Positions 35,207 through 50,312 of a stretch of DNA of 64,000 nt are shown piece by piece. Position numbers and translations under genes: made by a program. Origin of the DNA: the human T2T-CHM13v2.0 reference genome, Homo sapiens; assembly GCF_009914755.1 (NCBI RefSeq), contig NC_060927.1; one strand, given 5' to 3'. Below the pieces are notes generated by a model. That model ran no database searches. It saw only the letters and a program-made list of their open reading frames with translations, and was not told the DNA's origin. Each line of letters opens with the position of its first letter. Within the stretch, counting starts at the first letter, position 1.

Positions 35207-35520
35207 TTTTTTTTTTTTTCTTTTTTCTCTTTTTTTGACACGGAGTCTGGCTCTGTCACCCAGGATGGAGTGCAGTGGCGCGATCTCAGTTCACTGCAAC
35301 CTCCGCCTCCTGAGTTCAAGTGATTCTCCTGCCTCAGCCTCCTGAATAGCTGGGATTACAGGCACCCGCCACCACACATGGCTAATTTTTTTGTATTTTT
35401 AATAGAGATGGGGTTTCTCCATGTTGGACAGGCTGGTCTCGAGCTCCTGACCTCGGGTGATACACCTGCCTTGGCATCCCAAAGTGCTGGGATTACAGGC
35501 ATGAGCCGCCACTCCCAGCC
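35207..35520 (-). mobile_element. AluSx-like
   Basis: full dimer; TSD tttcttagtttt. Confidence 0.94.
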
Positions 35521-38209
35521 AATTTCTTAGTTTTGACAACTGTACTATAGTAATGTAAGGTATAAAAAAATGGGAAAACTGCATGAGGGGGTATATGAGA
35601 ACTTTCTGTGCTACCTTTGCAGCTTTTCTGTAAATCTATAATTATTGCAAAATAAAGAATTTATTTTAGAAAATAAGGGAAGCAGATGTCTTACACTTTG
35701 TTTCTTTTTTAAACCCATGGTCAAATGATAGAAAAACCTTTAGAGGCAGGCAGGAAAAAATGAGTCTTTGTGGATTGCTTTGTACTGGGGAATGCATTCA
35801 GTCTTACAAATTGAGTCCTATTCTATTATACCAAAAACTATCCAAGAGAAAAGCACTCAATTACAAAAAAAAAAAAAAGTTAAGAGAAAATGAATATTTT
35901 GCAGGTCATGTAATGTATACTGGCATGTTTATAAGATAAAGGTAAATTTCTTTTGCATGGTAAAGCTCAACAATACAAGAATTGGTGGATCTTTCCCACT
36001 TTTAAAAGCATCTTCATCTTGCTTTTTTTTTTTTGAAGCTACAATTATTTATTTTCTGGATTTAACAATCAAGGCTTTGGTAATCTGTGGGGACAATGGG
36101 TTAATTAACCCCTTTATTTTCAACAAGTACAATCTATTTTTTGGCAAGAATTAATGTTTTATATTCAATGTAGAAGAAAAGGAATGGTGGACAGTTCTCT
36201 AGCAATTTTCTAAGGCTAGAGGAGAGAGGTGAATTTCCTTGTGCACAGACGGAAAATACTCTTAGCTCAAATCACCATTCCAGAGATGTGATTAGGCAGA
36301 GAATGAAATTTTACAATATTTACCTCTTTGATTTTTTCATTTGCAGTCTAGCATCAGCTCAGTGTACGTATCAGTTTTCATCCTTAAATGTGCATGAAAC
36401 CAAACCAGGGGTTTTGCAGAGTTCTAATTGCTGTATGATTTGATGTTACTGTGCAGTGAAGCTGTGCTAGTTAATTGTTTTCCTGACTGAATTTCCATCT
36501 CCCCCCAACATCCTCCCCCATTGTGCCTGAAGGAGCCTATAAAGCTAAAAACAAACACACAAAAATCTCTCAGAAGAGCATCTTTCATTTTCAGAAGTGT
36601 CATTTGCAATGGGTAGCAGCCTAGTCATAATACGGGCAATAATGATGACAGATAATTGTAATCCTTAAGTGGTTTCAGCTTATGGTTATTAGGGGAGGGA
36701 GCAAAGTGAGGATGGGTGAGCGGGAGAAAAATATAGTTCACTCTGCCTTAATTGTCTTTTTTAGCATTTCCAACAATAGAATGAAAAAGTCACCTCTTTG
36801 CATTTCCTGCTAGGTTGTGTTCTAGTTTTGATATAAGGATTTGAATTATAGTCCACTGGTACATTGTGTGATAGGTCACATGGTTATTGGAGGAAAAATC
36901 ATGGAAACAAACTAGATATTTGATTAACCACTTTAGATAATGATCGATCTCTAGGGCTTCCTGTACACTGTCTTTTTCACGCTAACCAACAGCTCAGGCG
37001 ATAGATAAACAATAGCCTTCTGTAATAAATAATTGCATTACACAATGCTAGTTAAATTTAGAAATCACTATTTTATTGCATTTTTCACTCATAAAGCATA
37101 GTGTCAAATAGTAATTGAGATTGAGTTAAAGTCTCCTAATGCTTTGCTTCAAAATCTAATCCAGGAATCGTTTCTCTCTGAAGACCTATAGAAAGAGATC
37201 CCATGGGTAATAATGGATGACTGAAGAAGACAAGGATGGGAAGGTGGGGAAGGGAGAGAAAAGGAAAAAGGTCTAAATGAGATTGGAGGGGAGGGAGGGA
37301 GTTCAGAGAAAATAAAAAGCTTGATGTGGCAGCTTGCCTCTTTCGAATCCCAGTAAACCATTTTAATGGAAATGGGTGGTAGGCAAGGAAGAGCTCGATT
37401 GGAAAAGGCTAGGAAGCAGGCCCTGTGTCCTCAGGAGAGCAAACTGTCTTAGACAATAAGATGGGAGATTTATTACAAAGAAACGAAATGTGCTGCTTCC
37501 CTCTCCCTGGTGTTTCTAAAGCCCTTAGCTTGACAGGAGAATGTAGGCTCCATCTAGTTCTAGTGGCTTCAGGAACATCACTGGCTGCTTTGAGACTGTC
37601 TACTTGCTTTGAATCAATTATCTTCCTGCCCCCATACCCAAGGATAAGCTGTATCCCCCCATTCCTTAGGTAATTCCATCACCATCTCCAAGACAAATGA
37701 AGGTCTCCCAGGTAGCCAGAAGTAGACTTGGGGAAATGGAGCTACGTTACATTAATTTTATAATTGGAAGATGTACCCTCATCCCAGTACAGCGAGTCAT
37801 AATCAGTACTTGCAGCACAGCTATCTGGAAGGATAATACATTCCATTAAAAAAGATGTAGCAAACATATTTTGAACATTTTTTTAAACCAACTCCAATAA
37901 ATGTGTTTTCATTATTATAGCTCAAAATATAACTGGGAAAGTAAGACCCACCTGGAAGGGAAAAGAATCAAATGAAGTCCAACTGGGTAAACAAGGAAAG
38001 TAAAACCTGAAATTGATTCTGCAAAACTGTTTAAGTTATGTGGTCTTTGAAGGATTGTTCTTCCTTCCCTGGAGTATCTGACACTGTCTCTTAAGTCAAC
38101 CAGAGAGATGTGAGAACTCTGGTATTAGCTCAAAACTACTATGGCTAGCTGAGTCTACAATTTACCTCCTCTTCTCCCCAAAATGGAATAAGTGCTGCCA
38201 TTTTCTGCT

Positions 38210-38510
38210 CATAATTACGTTTTACCTACTCTTCAGGTTCAACTCAAGTTCTATCTCTACTCTAACAAACCCCACTCTCAGTGTCCTATTCCTTCTTTGA
38301 ACTTTTATTGCTAATACGAAATGCTTTGATTATAAGGATGCTGTAATTTGTAATAAGCTTATATTCTCAACTAAATAGTGAGTTATTTGAGGGCATCAAT
38401 CATGTCTTAGTTTGTGTGTGGGGTGGGGAGGGTGTTTCACCCACAAACTTAACACAATAATGAACTCATGGATGTTGATGCTTAAATGTTTGTTGGTTGA
38501 TTGATTCAGA
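38210..38510 (+). mobile_element. L2 3' fragment
   Basis: tcttcaggttcaactcaag...ttgagggc...cttaaatgtttgttggttgattga. Confidence 0.55.
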
Positions 38511-40067
38511 AACATGAAGGTCTTTTATGGATATTTCCAATGTAGCATAGGAAATTTTCCATGGCAGGTATCATCATTTAGAAGGAGTGTTGGAGTGACC
38601 ATGTATCTTTGAGCTCCAGATCACTGTCTAGGCATGGGGTGAAGTGCACATCAGCCTGTCAATCAGTATCCAAATGGGGGACCCCTGAGCACAGAATTTA
38701 GAGTGGATTTGCTTCCACAACCTGAGTCAGGCTCTGACCAGACCTCTTCTCATAAGATTCCCCTGATCCAAATTTACCTTTTTCATGTGCATCCCTTTCC
38801 TCTGCTGACCACTTGGAACAGACCAATCAACCTGGCTGTGCTATGTCTGTGTTACTGAATCAATAAAAAAGTTGAATGACTTGAACAGGGGTAGCTTTGG
38901 GAACATTAAGGGGGCCCTTGAAAGTGAAATCACTTAATAACTTGTAGACATAGGATAAACTTTGTACCTAAAAGCTTAATTATGATTTGGAGCGACACAC
39001 TGCATATCAGTGGGGCAAACCAATGCAAAAACATAGGCTGCTTTTATGTGTATATGATCATGTCTTATAGGATGTTGCACTCTGGAAGGATGGATTCAAG
39101 AATGTGTGGGTCATGCTAATAGAAGTCTCAGATTCAAACTTTTACTGGCATCATCAATGGAAACTCAGTGCTCCAAAGTTCTTCTCTCATTGGCAGGGCC
39201 CCCAGCATGGTTCAAGTAATCTCTGGGGGTGGTCATTATAGTTCCTCTCTTTGCTAACAGGAGGTCATCATTCACCCTTTCTGACCATATTGCAGTTTTG
39301 CTAGTTGCTCTGTTGCTACCACCTTTTAATCACAGGGTTCCCATAAACACTGCCTTGTTGATTGAGTCTGGGCTTTTCTCTGATTGAGATTCAGAGACTG
39401 GAATGGGTGTCACATGTCTCCTCCAATTCATAAAAAGGCAACTTATTGTTTGAATATTGTTCATTCATTCACTTGGCACCTGATTCTATAAGACATTAGT
39501 GACAGTATAATAAATGAAGGAAAGGAGAAAATACATAGCTGTAGAAATCAGGACCAAAGAAGGATATGGGTAGGAAACTAATAAAGCAAGAAGTGAGCAT
39601 AGTATACCAAAACACATATTGCAGACATATGGCCCTGCAGAGTTTTTAGATGTAGGATATTAATTTGGCTTAAAAATTCCTAGCAGCCGTAACAAAGATG
39701 GAAACCAAACAGGTATAGAATTCACTACATTCACATTTACAAACAAAGCAACTATTTAGGGATACAGCTTTTCTTGACACTCAGCAACAATAAATGTTTC
39801 CCCATGGGTTTGGGTAAGGTGGACACTGTGTCAACGTAGAGGATGATGCCTTCAACAGCATCTTTGTGTTAGATTCCTTTTGTCCTTCAGTGTTAGATTA
39901 TACTGTCCTTCAGTGTCAAGCTGATGGCTGTACAGCTTGCTCGTGCTCTTGCTTGATCCAAAGCTTAAATTTGAAATGTCTGGGAGAATTGACAGACTGC
40001 AAATTCTCCAGGCACCTTTCCATCAGTATTATTTTGGGCAAGTGCTTTCTACCTGTCTTAACTCCTA

Positions 40068-40415
<348 letters not shown>

Positions 40416-41053
40416 GTTAGACTACAAACAGTGGCTTTACCATCAAAGTGCCTTCTGAGCGACATATTGCTCCTTTTTTGTTTGCCCTCTCTCTTCTTTC
40501 AGTGGTAGGAAGATTATCAGAATGCCCCCATAAGTCATTGATGCTTCTTGCTGATATCCAGACAGGATCCCTTAATTGAGCTTGACCTCTTATCCCCCTA
40601 GAACGGACAGGTTTTCTATTTGGCATCCACAGCAGGCATTGAAGGGATAGCCCCATTTTCCTCCAAACCTGAGTTTTTCAGTTCCCTTCATTCCGCATGA
40701 TGTGTTCTAACTCCTTTTGTAAAGGAAACTCTGGCTAATCTACCTTGACCCACCTACATTCCTGAGAGGCGCATGGAGTGTAAGGCTTCTTTTGAGATTC
40801 TTGATATTCACATACTGGTAGACCCCCTTAGGGCTAGAGGTTGCATATGTGGCCTCAGAGTTCAGTCAGCACAGCATCACAGTATTTTGTAATAAATGTG
40901 AAACCTTTCAGGACACGTGCTCTCTAATTTCCACTGTTCTCACCAAGGCTTGCGTTCATGCAGTCAATATAGGCAGAGCCACAGTGGAGTTGTGACATAA
41001 AGGAAAAATCAGTATGCTATTGATCCTGTCTGTATTTAAAAAATTGATATTTT

Positions 41054-41385
<332 letters not shown>

Positions 41386-41566
41386 TTAATTTTGTTTTAT
41401 TGAAATGTTATTTATCTTGATCACCAAGTTTTTGGTATCCCCTAAAATTTTGCACCTAAGGCCAATGCCTCACTTTCCTGTAGGGCCCTTGTTCCCTGCC
41501 CTGCATGCAGATCCAGCGATTTGCAATGTCCTGGTTCTCGAAGGTATTTGAACTCTAGACTCTAAG

Positions 41567-41830
41567 GCACTTGTTCTCCAATGCAGGTCTGTGACAAAAT
41601 TTTCATCCAACTGAGGAGAAATAAGAAAAGGAAGGACAAATATTAAATTTAAAAAATCAAGCTAAGTTTAAATAACATGATAATGCCTTTTTAATTTTTT
41701 GAATTAACATTTATTTAAAAAACAGAACCTGCAAAAATATTATTATTGCTTAAAGTCCTGATGCTAGTGGGTGTTAGTAGCTTTATAAACATGCACTTAC
41801 TGGGCAAAACAACAGTGTGGTGACTCAATT
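41567..41830. mobile_element. hAT-Charlie-like remnant
   Basis: loose inverse similarity to the element at 60803-61137. Confidence 0.35.
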
Positions 41831-42599
41831 AAAAAAATAATGACCTACTCCAAATATTCCTACACCTACGTGAAGCTCTTCTCTAGGAGCCTGATCAACC
41901 CTCTCACCCAGGACAGCTAAGGAGGAGCAATGACAGAGATGTGGTGGCTGGAAGTCCATAGCAGGGAGGGAGAGATCAGGAAGCTGGCTGAGAGGAAATA
42001 AGGCACCTGCTAGTGATAATGGAAGAATGATGGGTGACAGCCTCCTGTGTTCAACCAGGGGCAGGTTCTCCTGGATGCAGAGGCCCGGAAGCAGGTGGCA
42101 GGAAATGAAAACGGGCCAAAACCAAGAGCAAATATTGAGCTGCAGCAGCAGGGGTGTTGGAGAGGGAGGTACACGTGCTGTTTCCCAGTTGGCGTATATT
42201 CCAGCTCTCTCCTCATAGTGCTTTCAGTGCACCAAACTGCAACCTCAGAGAGATTTTCTGAGGAGCAGAAAGATATTTTTTAATATATCTAGTGAATTTG
42301 TAAAACCAAGAAAGGTATAGATGTGTTGAATACGGAACAATTCCTGGAAAGCTAGGACTATAGGCCCGCATTGTATTTACTGAAAGAAGCATAACTTCAC
42401 ATAGCAGGTAGCAGACAAATTGTACTCACCAAGGACAATGAAAGCTTAGGAATGGAGATAAATTCAAGGCAATAAATCCAAGGCTGATTTTCCTTGAAAG
42501 TGTAGATGTTTGCAAGAATGTTCCCTATCTTTGAAAAAAGCAGAAGTTTTATTTTTTCTGGTTTTTACTCATCATCATTGTTACAATTTTTTTGCGTTG

Positions 42600-43121
<522 letters not shown>

Positions 43122-43375
43122 CTAGTAAGCACTTCTTGTTACCCTCTTTCAAGTTCAGAAAAATGCTTTGGACCAGAGCTGCCTGTAGAGAAATTTCCAC
43201 CTTCATTCTGATATGTTACTGTGCAGTTTCTTATATGATTAAGTTCTTTGGAACTAAAAGAAGGTCATTGAATTTCTTTGGGCCTTACTCTACTATATCT
43301 GTAAGACTGTTTTTATGCCTGTATCACAATCTTGATGTTTTCTGGATGAAGGAATTAGCTACAGTAATGCATCAC

Positions 43376-44900
43376 TTTTTTTTTTTTTAATTGATCATTC
43401 TTGGGTGTTTCTCCCAGAGGGGGATTTGGCAGGGTCATAGGACAATAGTGGAGGGAAGATCAGCAGATAAACAAGTGAACAAAGGTCTCTGGTTTTCCTA
43501 GGCAGAGGACCCTGGGGCCTTCCACAGTGTTTGTGTCCCTGGGTACTTGAGATTAGGGAGTGGTGATGACTCTTAAGGAGCATGCTGCCTTCAAGCATCT
43601 GTTTAACAAAGCACATCTTGCACCGCCCTTAATCCATTTAACCCTGAGTGAACACAGCACATGTTTCAGAGAGCATCGGGTTGGGTGCAAGGTCATAGAT
43701 CAACAGCATCCCAAGGCAGAAGAATTTTTCTTAGTACAGAACAAAATGGAGTCTCCTATGCCCACTTCTCTCCACACAGACACAGCAACAATCTGATTTC
43801 TCCATCTTCTCCTCACATTTCCCCCCTTTCTACTCGACAAAACGCCATCGTCATCATGGCCCGTTCCCAATGAGCTGCTGGGTACACCTCCCAGATGGGG
43901 TGGTGGCCAGGCAGAGGGGCCCCCCACTTCCCAGAAGGGGCGGCCGGGCAGAGGCGCCCCCCACCTCCCGGACGGGGCGGCTGGCCGGGCGGGGGCTGCC
44001 CCCCACCTCCCTCCCGGATGGGGCCGCTGGCCGGGCGGGGGCTGCCCCCCACCTCCCGGACTGGGTGGCTGCCGGGTGGAGATGCTCCTCACTTCCCAGA
44101 TGGGGCGGCAGGGCAGAGGCGCTCCTCACCTCCCAGACGGGGTCGCGGCAGGGCAGAGGCGCTCCTCACCTCCCAGACGGGGTCGCGGCAGGGCAGAGGC
44201 GCTCCTCACATCCCAGATGGGGCGGCAGGGCAGAGGTGCTCCCCACATCTCAGATGATGGGCGGCCGGGCAGAGATGCTCCTCACTTCCTAGAAGGGATG
44301 GCGGCCGGGAAGAGGCCCTCCTCACTTCCCAGACTGGGCAGCTGGGCAGAGGGGCTCCTCACATCCCAGATGATGGGCGGCCAGGCAGAGACGCTCCTCA
44401 CTTCCCAGACGGGGTGGCGGCTGGGCAGAGGCTGCAATCTCGGCACTTTGGGAGGCCAAGGCAGGCAGCTGGGAGGTGGAGGTTGTAGCGAGCCGAGATC
44501 ACGCCACTGCACTCCAGCCTGGGCAACATTGAGCACTGAGTGAATGAGACTCCATCTGCAATCCCGGCACTTCAGGAGGCCGAGGCTGGCAGATCACTCG
44601 CGGTTAGGAGCTGGAGACCAGCCCGGCCAACACAGCGAAACCCCGTCTCCACCAAAAAAATACGAAAACCAGTCAGGTGTGGCGGCGCACGCCTGCAATC
44701 GCAGGCACTCGGCAGGCTGAGGCAGGAGAATCAGGCAGGGAGGTTGCAGTGAGCAGAGATGGCAGCAGTACAGTCCAGCTTCGGCTCGGCATCAGAGGGA
44801 GACCGTGGAAAGAGAGGGAGAGGGAGACCGTGGGGAGAGGGAGAGGGAGACCGTGGGAAGAGGGGGAGGGGGAGGGGAGGGGGAAGGGGAGGGGGAGCCT
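43376..44900 (-). mobile_element. full-length SVA (older subfamily, B/C-like)
   Basis: poly-T, SINE-R (about 43389-43890), GC-rich VNTR (about 43890-44430), Alu-like region, (AGAGGG)n hexamer; 15-bp TSD agtaatgcatcactt at 43363-43377 and 44901-44915. Confidence 0.97.
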
Positions 44901-45273
44901 AGTAATGCATCACTTAAGGATGACGCATTACTAAGCCCGGCCAACTTTTCTTTTTCTAATAAGTAGAAGGAATATACTCTAAAATCATCATAAAACTATA
45001 GTAGAATAAATATATAAACCAGTAGCATAGTCATTTATTATTATTATCAAGCATTATGTACTGTACATAACTGTATGTGCTATACCTTTATATAACCGGC
45101 AGTGTGCTCAGTTTACTTAACACCAGCATCACTAAAAACACGTGACTAATACATTGTGCTATGATGTTATAACAATAGGAGATAGGGATTCTTCAGTTCT
45201 GTTATAATCTTATAGGCGCCTTGCCATATATGTGGTCTGTTGTTGGCTGAAATGTTGGTATAGAGCATGGCTG
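44901..45273. mobile_element. Tigger3/Golem internal-deletion derivative; true left end at 43362, displaced by the SVA
   Basis: left TIR ta-cagtaatgcatcacttaa; right end ttataatcttatagg..atatatgtggtctgttgttggctgaaatgttggtatagagcatggctg-ta. Confidence 0.82.
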
Positions 45274-46389
45274 TATTGTTTTATTTGTTAACATGAATGT
45301 CAGTGATAGTGACTTTGAGAAGCAGCGTTGACCTAGCAAGCAACGCTCAATAGCACTCCATCCCCAATCTTACCCCCGCCAGCAAATCTCTTGCACTCCA
45401 TTGACTGAGGTGCCTGGAATTTCAAGATTCATTTGTTTGCTTTCAGGATTTCCCTATTTCTTAGGGCTGCCCTTTAATTGCCCTTTAATTAGTGATGGCT
45501 TGATGTTTTTGTTTTTCTTCCTTTAGCGGTCATGGTGGTCTTACTCATGCGTGTATCCAAGTATGTGTGCAGGGCACTCTCCCAGCATGCTCCTACTCCC
45601 TGGCGCTTGTGGCCAACATCATACTGGGCAGGGAGAGAGCATCCAACTGCCCAGAGACCCAGCTCCCAGATTAGGGGAATTCTCTATTGAAGAATCTCAA
45701 ATGTTCCAAGGGCCACACAAGTTTCTAGTAAAAACACCCTCAAGACAGGCAATTCAGGGAGCAGCTAATTCTTTAATTTAAAAGCCATCACCGAAGTATG
45801 ACTAGGACTGGCCCTGTTGCTTTGGGAAATGCAATAAAACTCACCAAATCATGATTGCATAGTCTTTGCCTACCTTGAGCTGACATCTGAAGAGAGAATT
45901 CTCAGCACTAACTTGATGTCACATTGCTTGTTTTATTTTGTAAAGATGCTGTCTATGTTAACAACGTGTTTCCTGTTCTCAGTCTTTGTCTCAGGTATAA
46001 GATGGGAGTGGAAAACAATAGTTATACTTGAACATAATATCTTATTTCTTAGAGGCAGCTGGTTGCCAATTAAGCAGGAATACTGTAAAATAGCAAGTGG
46101 ATATTTACCCACAAACAACAGGGAACTGGAGAGACAGAGAAGGGCCTCAGGAAAGAAGCTGTTATTGTCAATAAAATAATGATTGGATTGTCTTTATGCA
46201 ATTATTTTATCCCCATATTTAGTTGAAAAGTCCTAACCTGTCATTTCCCAACAATTCCTATATTTAAAATGGAACTACTTACATCTCTGATGGTATTTGC
46301 ATTTACTTTACATGTTTGGGAATAGCTTATGGGTTGGAATACATATATATATATTTTTTGATACTGACATCCTTCATGGATCCAGGGTT

Positions 46390-46615
46390 ACCTCTTTCTG
46401 AGCCTTCTCTGAGTCTCTGGGCAGAGTTTGTCACTTCCTCTCTATGTGTCCTCACTCTGTGCTTATTTCTATCATAATGTTGATCTTAGTATGTGGCAGT
46501 TGTTTATTTATGTGTCCATCTCCCTGACTGTTAGCTCTTCAGGGGCAGATAACCTGGCAACTGGAAGATCCTCAAATATGTTGGGTCATGACTCAATACA
46601 TGAATGAATGATGAT
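46390..46615 (+). mobile_element. L2 3' fragment
   Basis: gagccttctctga...gactgttagctcttcaggggcag...tgaatgaatg. Confidence 0.55.
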
Positions 46616-46928
46616 GGCGGAAGAGCTCATATCTTCTCCTCAGCACTTGCAGTTGTCTTTCTCAGCCACTTGTCCATCAGCATGGGAACCCCCAAAATGT
46701 GGTGCTAGGGTGGCCACCCTGGCTCAGTAGAGTCAAGGAACAATTCTGATCCGCTTACTATAATGAGGCTTTAGTTGCAATCATAACAGATATGTGGAAG
46801 ATGTGGGCCTTGGAGAATGGGTAGCAATGGTGGCAAGTGTGTTTCCCATGGAAAAGAGTGGGATCAGCAGTTTTGTGTTTTCATTTTGCTGGAGTATAGA
46901 ATGCTTGACAAAGAGAGATAGATGGATA

Positions 46929-46930
<2 letters not shown>

Positions 46931-46974
<44 letters not shown>
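46931..46974. repeat. (CA)22 microsatellite
   Basis: perfect CA run. Confidence 0.98.
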
Positions 46975-46980
<6 letters not shown>

Positions 46981-47749
46981 GAGAGAGATTGAAGGGGGCA
47001 GGCTGAGATTCTGAGACTCTTAGGGACATGGAACCAGAACAAACTGCAACCTCAAATCTTACTCTATTTCTGTCCTCCTGGTTAAATGAGAAAATAATTT
47101 TCCTTTTGTTTAGGGCAGTTTAATTTGTGATTTCTGTTAGTTGCTACAAAAATATCCTAACTGATAATAACATTTTATTGGAAAGAAAAGTTGGAGCCAG
47201 ACTATTGAGAATAATATTTCAAAGGCAGGTGGAGCCATTTAAGGTTTTTCAGCTGATGAATAAATTGATTATAACTTTAAGGAGATTAATCTGGCAGATG
47301 TATGTAGGATGTTTTATGGAAGGGAAGAGAGTACCCTCAAAAAAAGTGGTACTCCCTCTAAGGTAAAAGTCTCCACATGTGGAATTATCGTGATTAACAA
47401 ATCAAGTCTTCATCTTAAGTCAACTGAAATTTTGCATATTAAAATGTAAAAGGAATCCCTGTATAGCTGAGGAGAAATCCTAGACTAGCAAGCTCCTGTC
47501 TGTCCTTGAATTGATTCGCATGGTACAGTTTTTGTTTCCCCTGTTGTCATCAGATCTACATAGTTTTAGTTGCCCTATACAAGGTAGAAAGGGTGACCCC
47601 TTCCCAGCAGGCTCTCTCATGCCATAGATATCCTTTCCTCAACCCATGGTTTTAGATTTCCAGAAGTTTCTAGGCAGACCTCTAATTCCAGTGGTATTCA
47701 TCAATGAATATTCACAAGTGTGGAGATACTCAATAAATCGTGGAGTGTC

Positions 47750-47925
47750 TGGCATCTGGGACTTATCTGCTTCTGCCGCTTATTCTATGGCCTTAAAAAT
47801 AATTCATTCCCTTAAGCCTCAGTTTTGTCAACTGTAAAATGAAGATGGTATAATATCCACTGAAAACATTGTTGTGGGAAGGAATGGGATAATGTAAGTA
47901 AATACATAGTAAACTCCAATAAGTT
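47750..47925 (+). mobile_element. MIR
   Basis: taagcctcagttttgtcaactgtaaaatg. Confidence 0.7.
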
Positions 47926-48066
47926 TTGTTGTGTTTGTAGTTGCTACTTGTTTTAATTACCAGGAGGCTTGGAATAAGAGATTAAACATCTGTTCTCTTA
48001 GGAGGCGTGAGGTCTACTAGCCTTTCTGTATCCCATACCAATTTAGTAGGCACTAAGGAACAAACA

Positions 48067-48454
<388 letters not shown>

Positions 48455-48819
48455 TCACTGATCTTTTAATTTATTGTTGACTTACAGGTATGACATAAAA
48501 AGACGAGATACTTTGAGATTAAAAAAGAACTGAACCAATGAACTGGAATGGGGAAATTATGAAGAGTGACAATTCAAAAGAGAAACATTGAGTTTTGACA
48601 ATATCTGTGAATGTTCTCTGTGGTTTGTGCTGAAAACTGAGATGCTGCCTTCCCCGATGTTTGTGTGAATCTAATTTTAACCTAACAAGTTGTAAAAATA
48701 ACATTGTCTATCAAATGTGAGGAGACAGAGGACTGTGACTTTTCCTGCCTGGGCCCTTTTTGAGACTTCCCCAATAATGCCCAACCCAAAGTACCTAGGC
48801 TTGTCCAGTCTTGTTTATA

Positions 48820-49545
48820 TTTTAAACTTTCCATTTTGAAATAAATTTAAATTTATAGAAAAATTGCAAAAATAATACAGTTCCCATATTCCTTTAATCC
48901 AGCTTCCCCCTCACATTAATATCTTAGTAGCCATATAACAAGTATGGAAACTAAGAAATTAATATTAGGACAATACTATTCTTACCAAACCACTGACTTT
49001 ATTTGGATTTTCCCAGTTTCTCTGTAAGTGTTCTTTAGTCGTTCTAGGAGTCAGTCCAGGATCCCAACGTTATACTTAGTTGTCCTGTCTCCTTAGTTAC
49101 TTCCTAGCTGTGATGATTCCTTGGTCTTTTGTTGTCTTTCATGTCCTTGATACTCTTGAAGAATCCTGGTCAGGTATTTTGGAGACTGTCTGTCAATTTG
49201 AGTTTGTTTTCTTGTGGCGAGATTAAAGTTCTCTGTGTTATATCAGGGGCTCGTGATGTTGATGTGTTTCCCTGCTGGTGATGTTAACCTTGACCACTAA
49301 ATTAAGCTGCTGACTGCCAGACTCTCCACTGCAAAGTTACTGTTTTCCCCTTAATAATTAATAACTGCCTTGGGAGAGATACCTTGAGACTGTGCACACA
49401 TTCTCTTGCTCTTCAAACTTTCACCCGTGAATTTCAGCATCCATTGGTGGAGCTTGCCCGTGGTGGTGATTACCCCGGGGGGGTTTCTAACAGTGATTTT
49501 CTGTTCCCTTTTCTCCTCTTCTTACAGAATTGGAATTCTTCTGGA
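48820..49545 (-). mobile_element. L1MC/MB-type 3' region
   Basis: aatttatagaaaaattgcaaaa.., gtccaggatccca.., ttaaccttgaccact.., ctccactgcaaagttact. Confidence 0.78.
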
Positions 49546-50064
49546 AGCGACAATCTTTATTTTTGATAATACCGGATAAAATTTACCTGTGACTTCCCAA
49601 GAAACCTTTATACTTTAATTGTCACATTTCCATGAAAAGACTTTTTTTTTTTGCTTATTACAAATGAAATACAAATTCAATAACAAAAAGCCAAAGATAG
49701 TAGAATTTAAAAAAAGTGTAGTCTCACCCAGAGACAACCATCTTAATGTCTTAGCATCTATTTTTCCATATATTTTTCTATGCATCTATATGCATGTATT
49801 AACAAAAAGCAAATCATGCCATGCATTTAATTTGAAAACCTGCATCTTTCATTTAACAATACATTTTTTATTGCAATAGGTACATTTCCATAACATCATT
49901 TTAAAGGATGGCCTAATGGTTATTCTATGAATGTCATAATTTGTTAAATGAATCACTTACTAGATATTTTGGTTGCATTTTCACCTGTCCTTTTTGCCAA
50001 CACTGATGTAATGACCATCCTTGTACTATCATTTTTATGTATAGACAATAATATGGATCAGGAA

Positions 50065-50312
50065 CAGCAGTGATATTTATCAGACTCTCATACCTTGCTG
50101 GGCATAGTGCTGAGCATTTACATGTTTGAGCTCATTGTAACCTCATGACAGCCTTGTGAGATAGGTATGAGTGTTACCCCTATTTCACATACCAGGGCAG
50201 TGAAGTTCACATTCTGTAATTCGTTCAAAATTTCATTGAGCTAATCAGTGGCATCAGGACCTGAACCCAGATTCTGTTGATGTCAAGGACTGGCTCTTAA
50301 CCACTGCTCTAC
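50065..50312 (-). mobile_element. MIR
   Basis: gtgctgagcatttacatg..aacctcatgacagccttgtgagataggta..ctgaacccag. Confidence 0.8.

Larger units (their letters stand above)
34290..35670 (+). mobile_element. L1MC/MB-type 3' region, interrupted by two Alus
   Basis: ttggcaaacactact.., gctgagaaactg.., ggatcctggaatagaaa.., gaactttctgtgctacctttgca. Confidence 0.75.

Noticed and set aside
39865-39916. Short imperfect tandem duplication (also 59081-59120, 45469-45490)
   Set aside because: Ordinary two-copy slippage duplications
43395-44934. Cluster of overlapping G/P/R-rich ORFs on both strands
   Set aside because: Stop-poor GC-rich SVA VNTR, SINE-R and Alu-like sequence; SVA is non-coding
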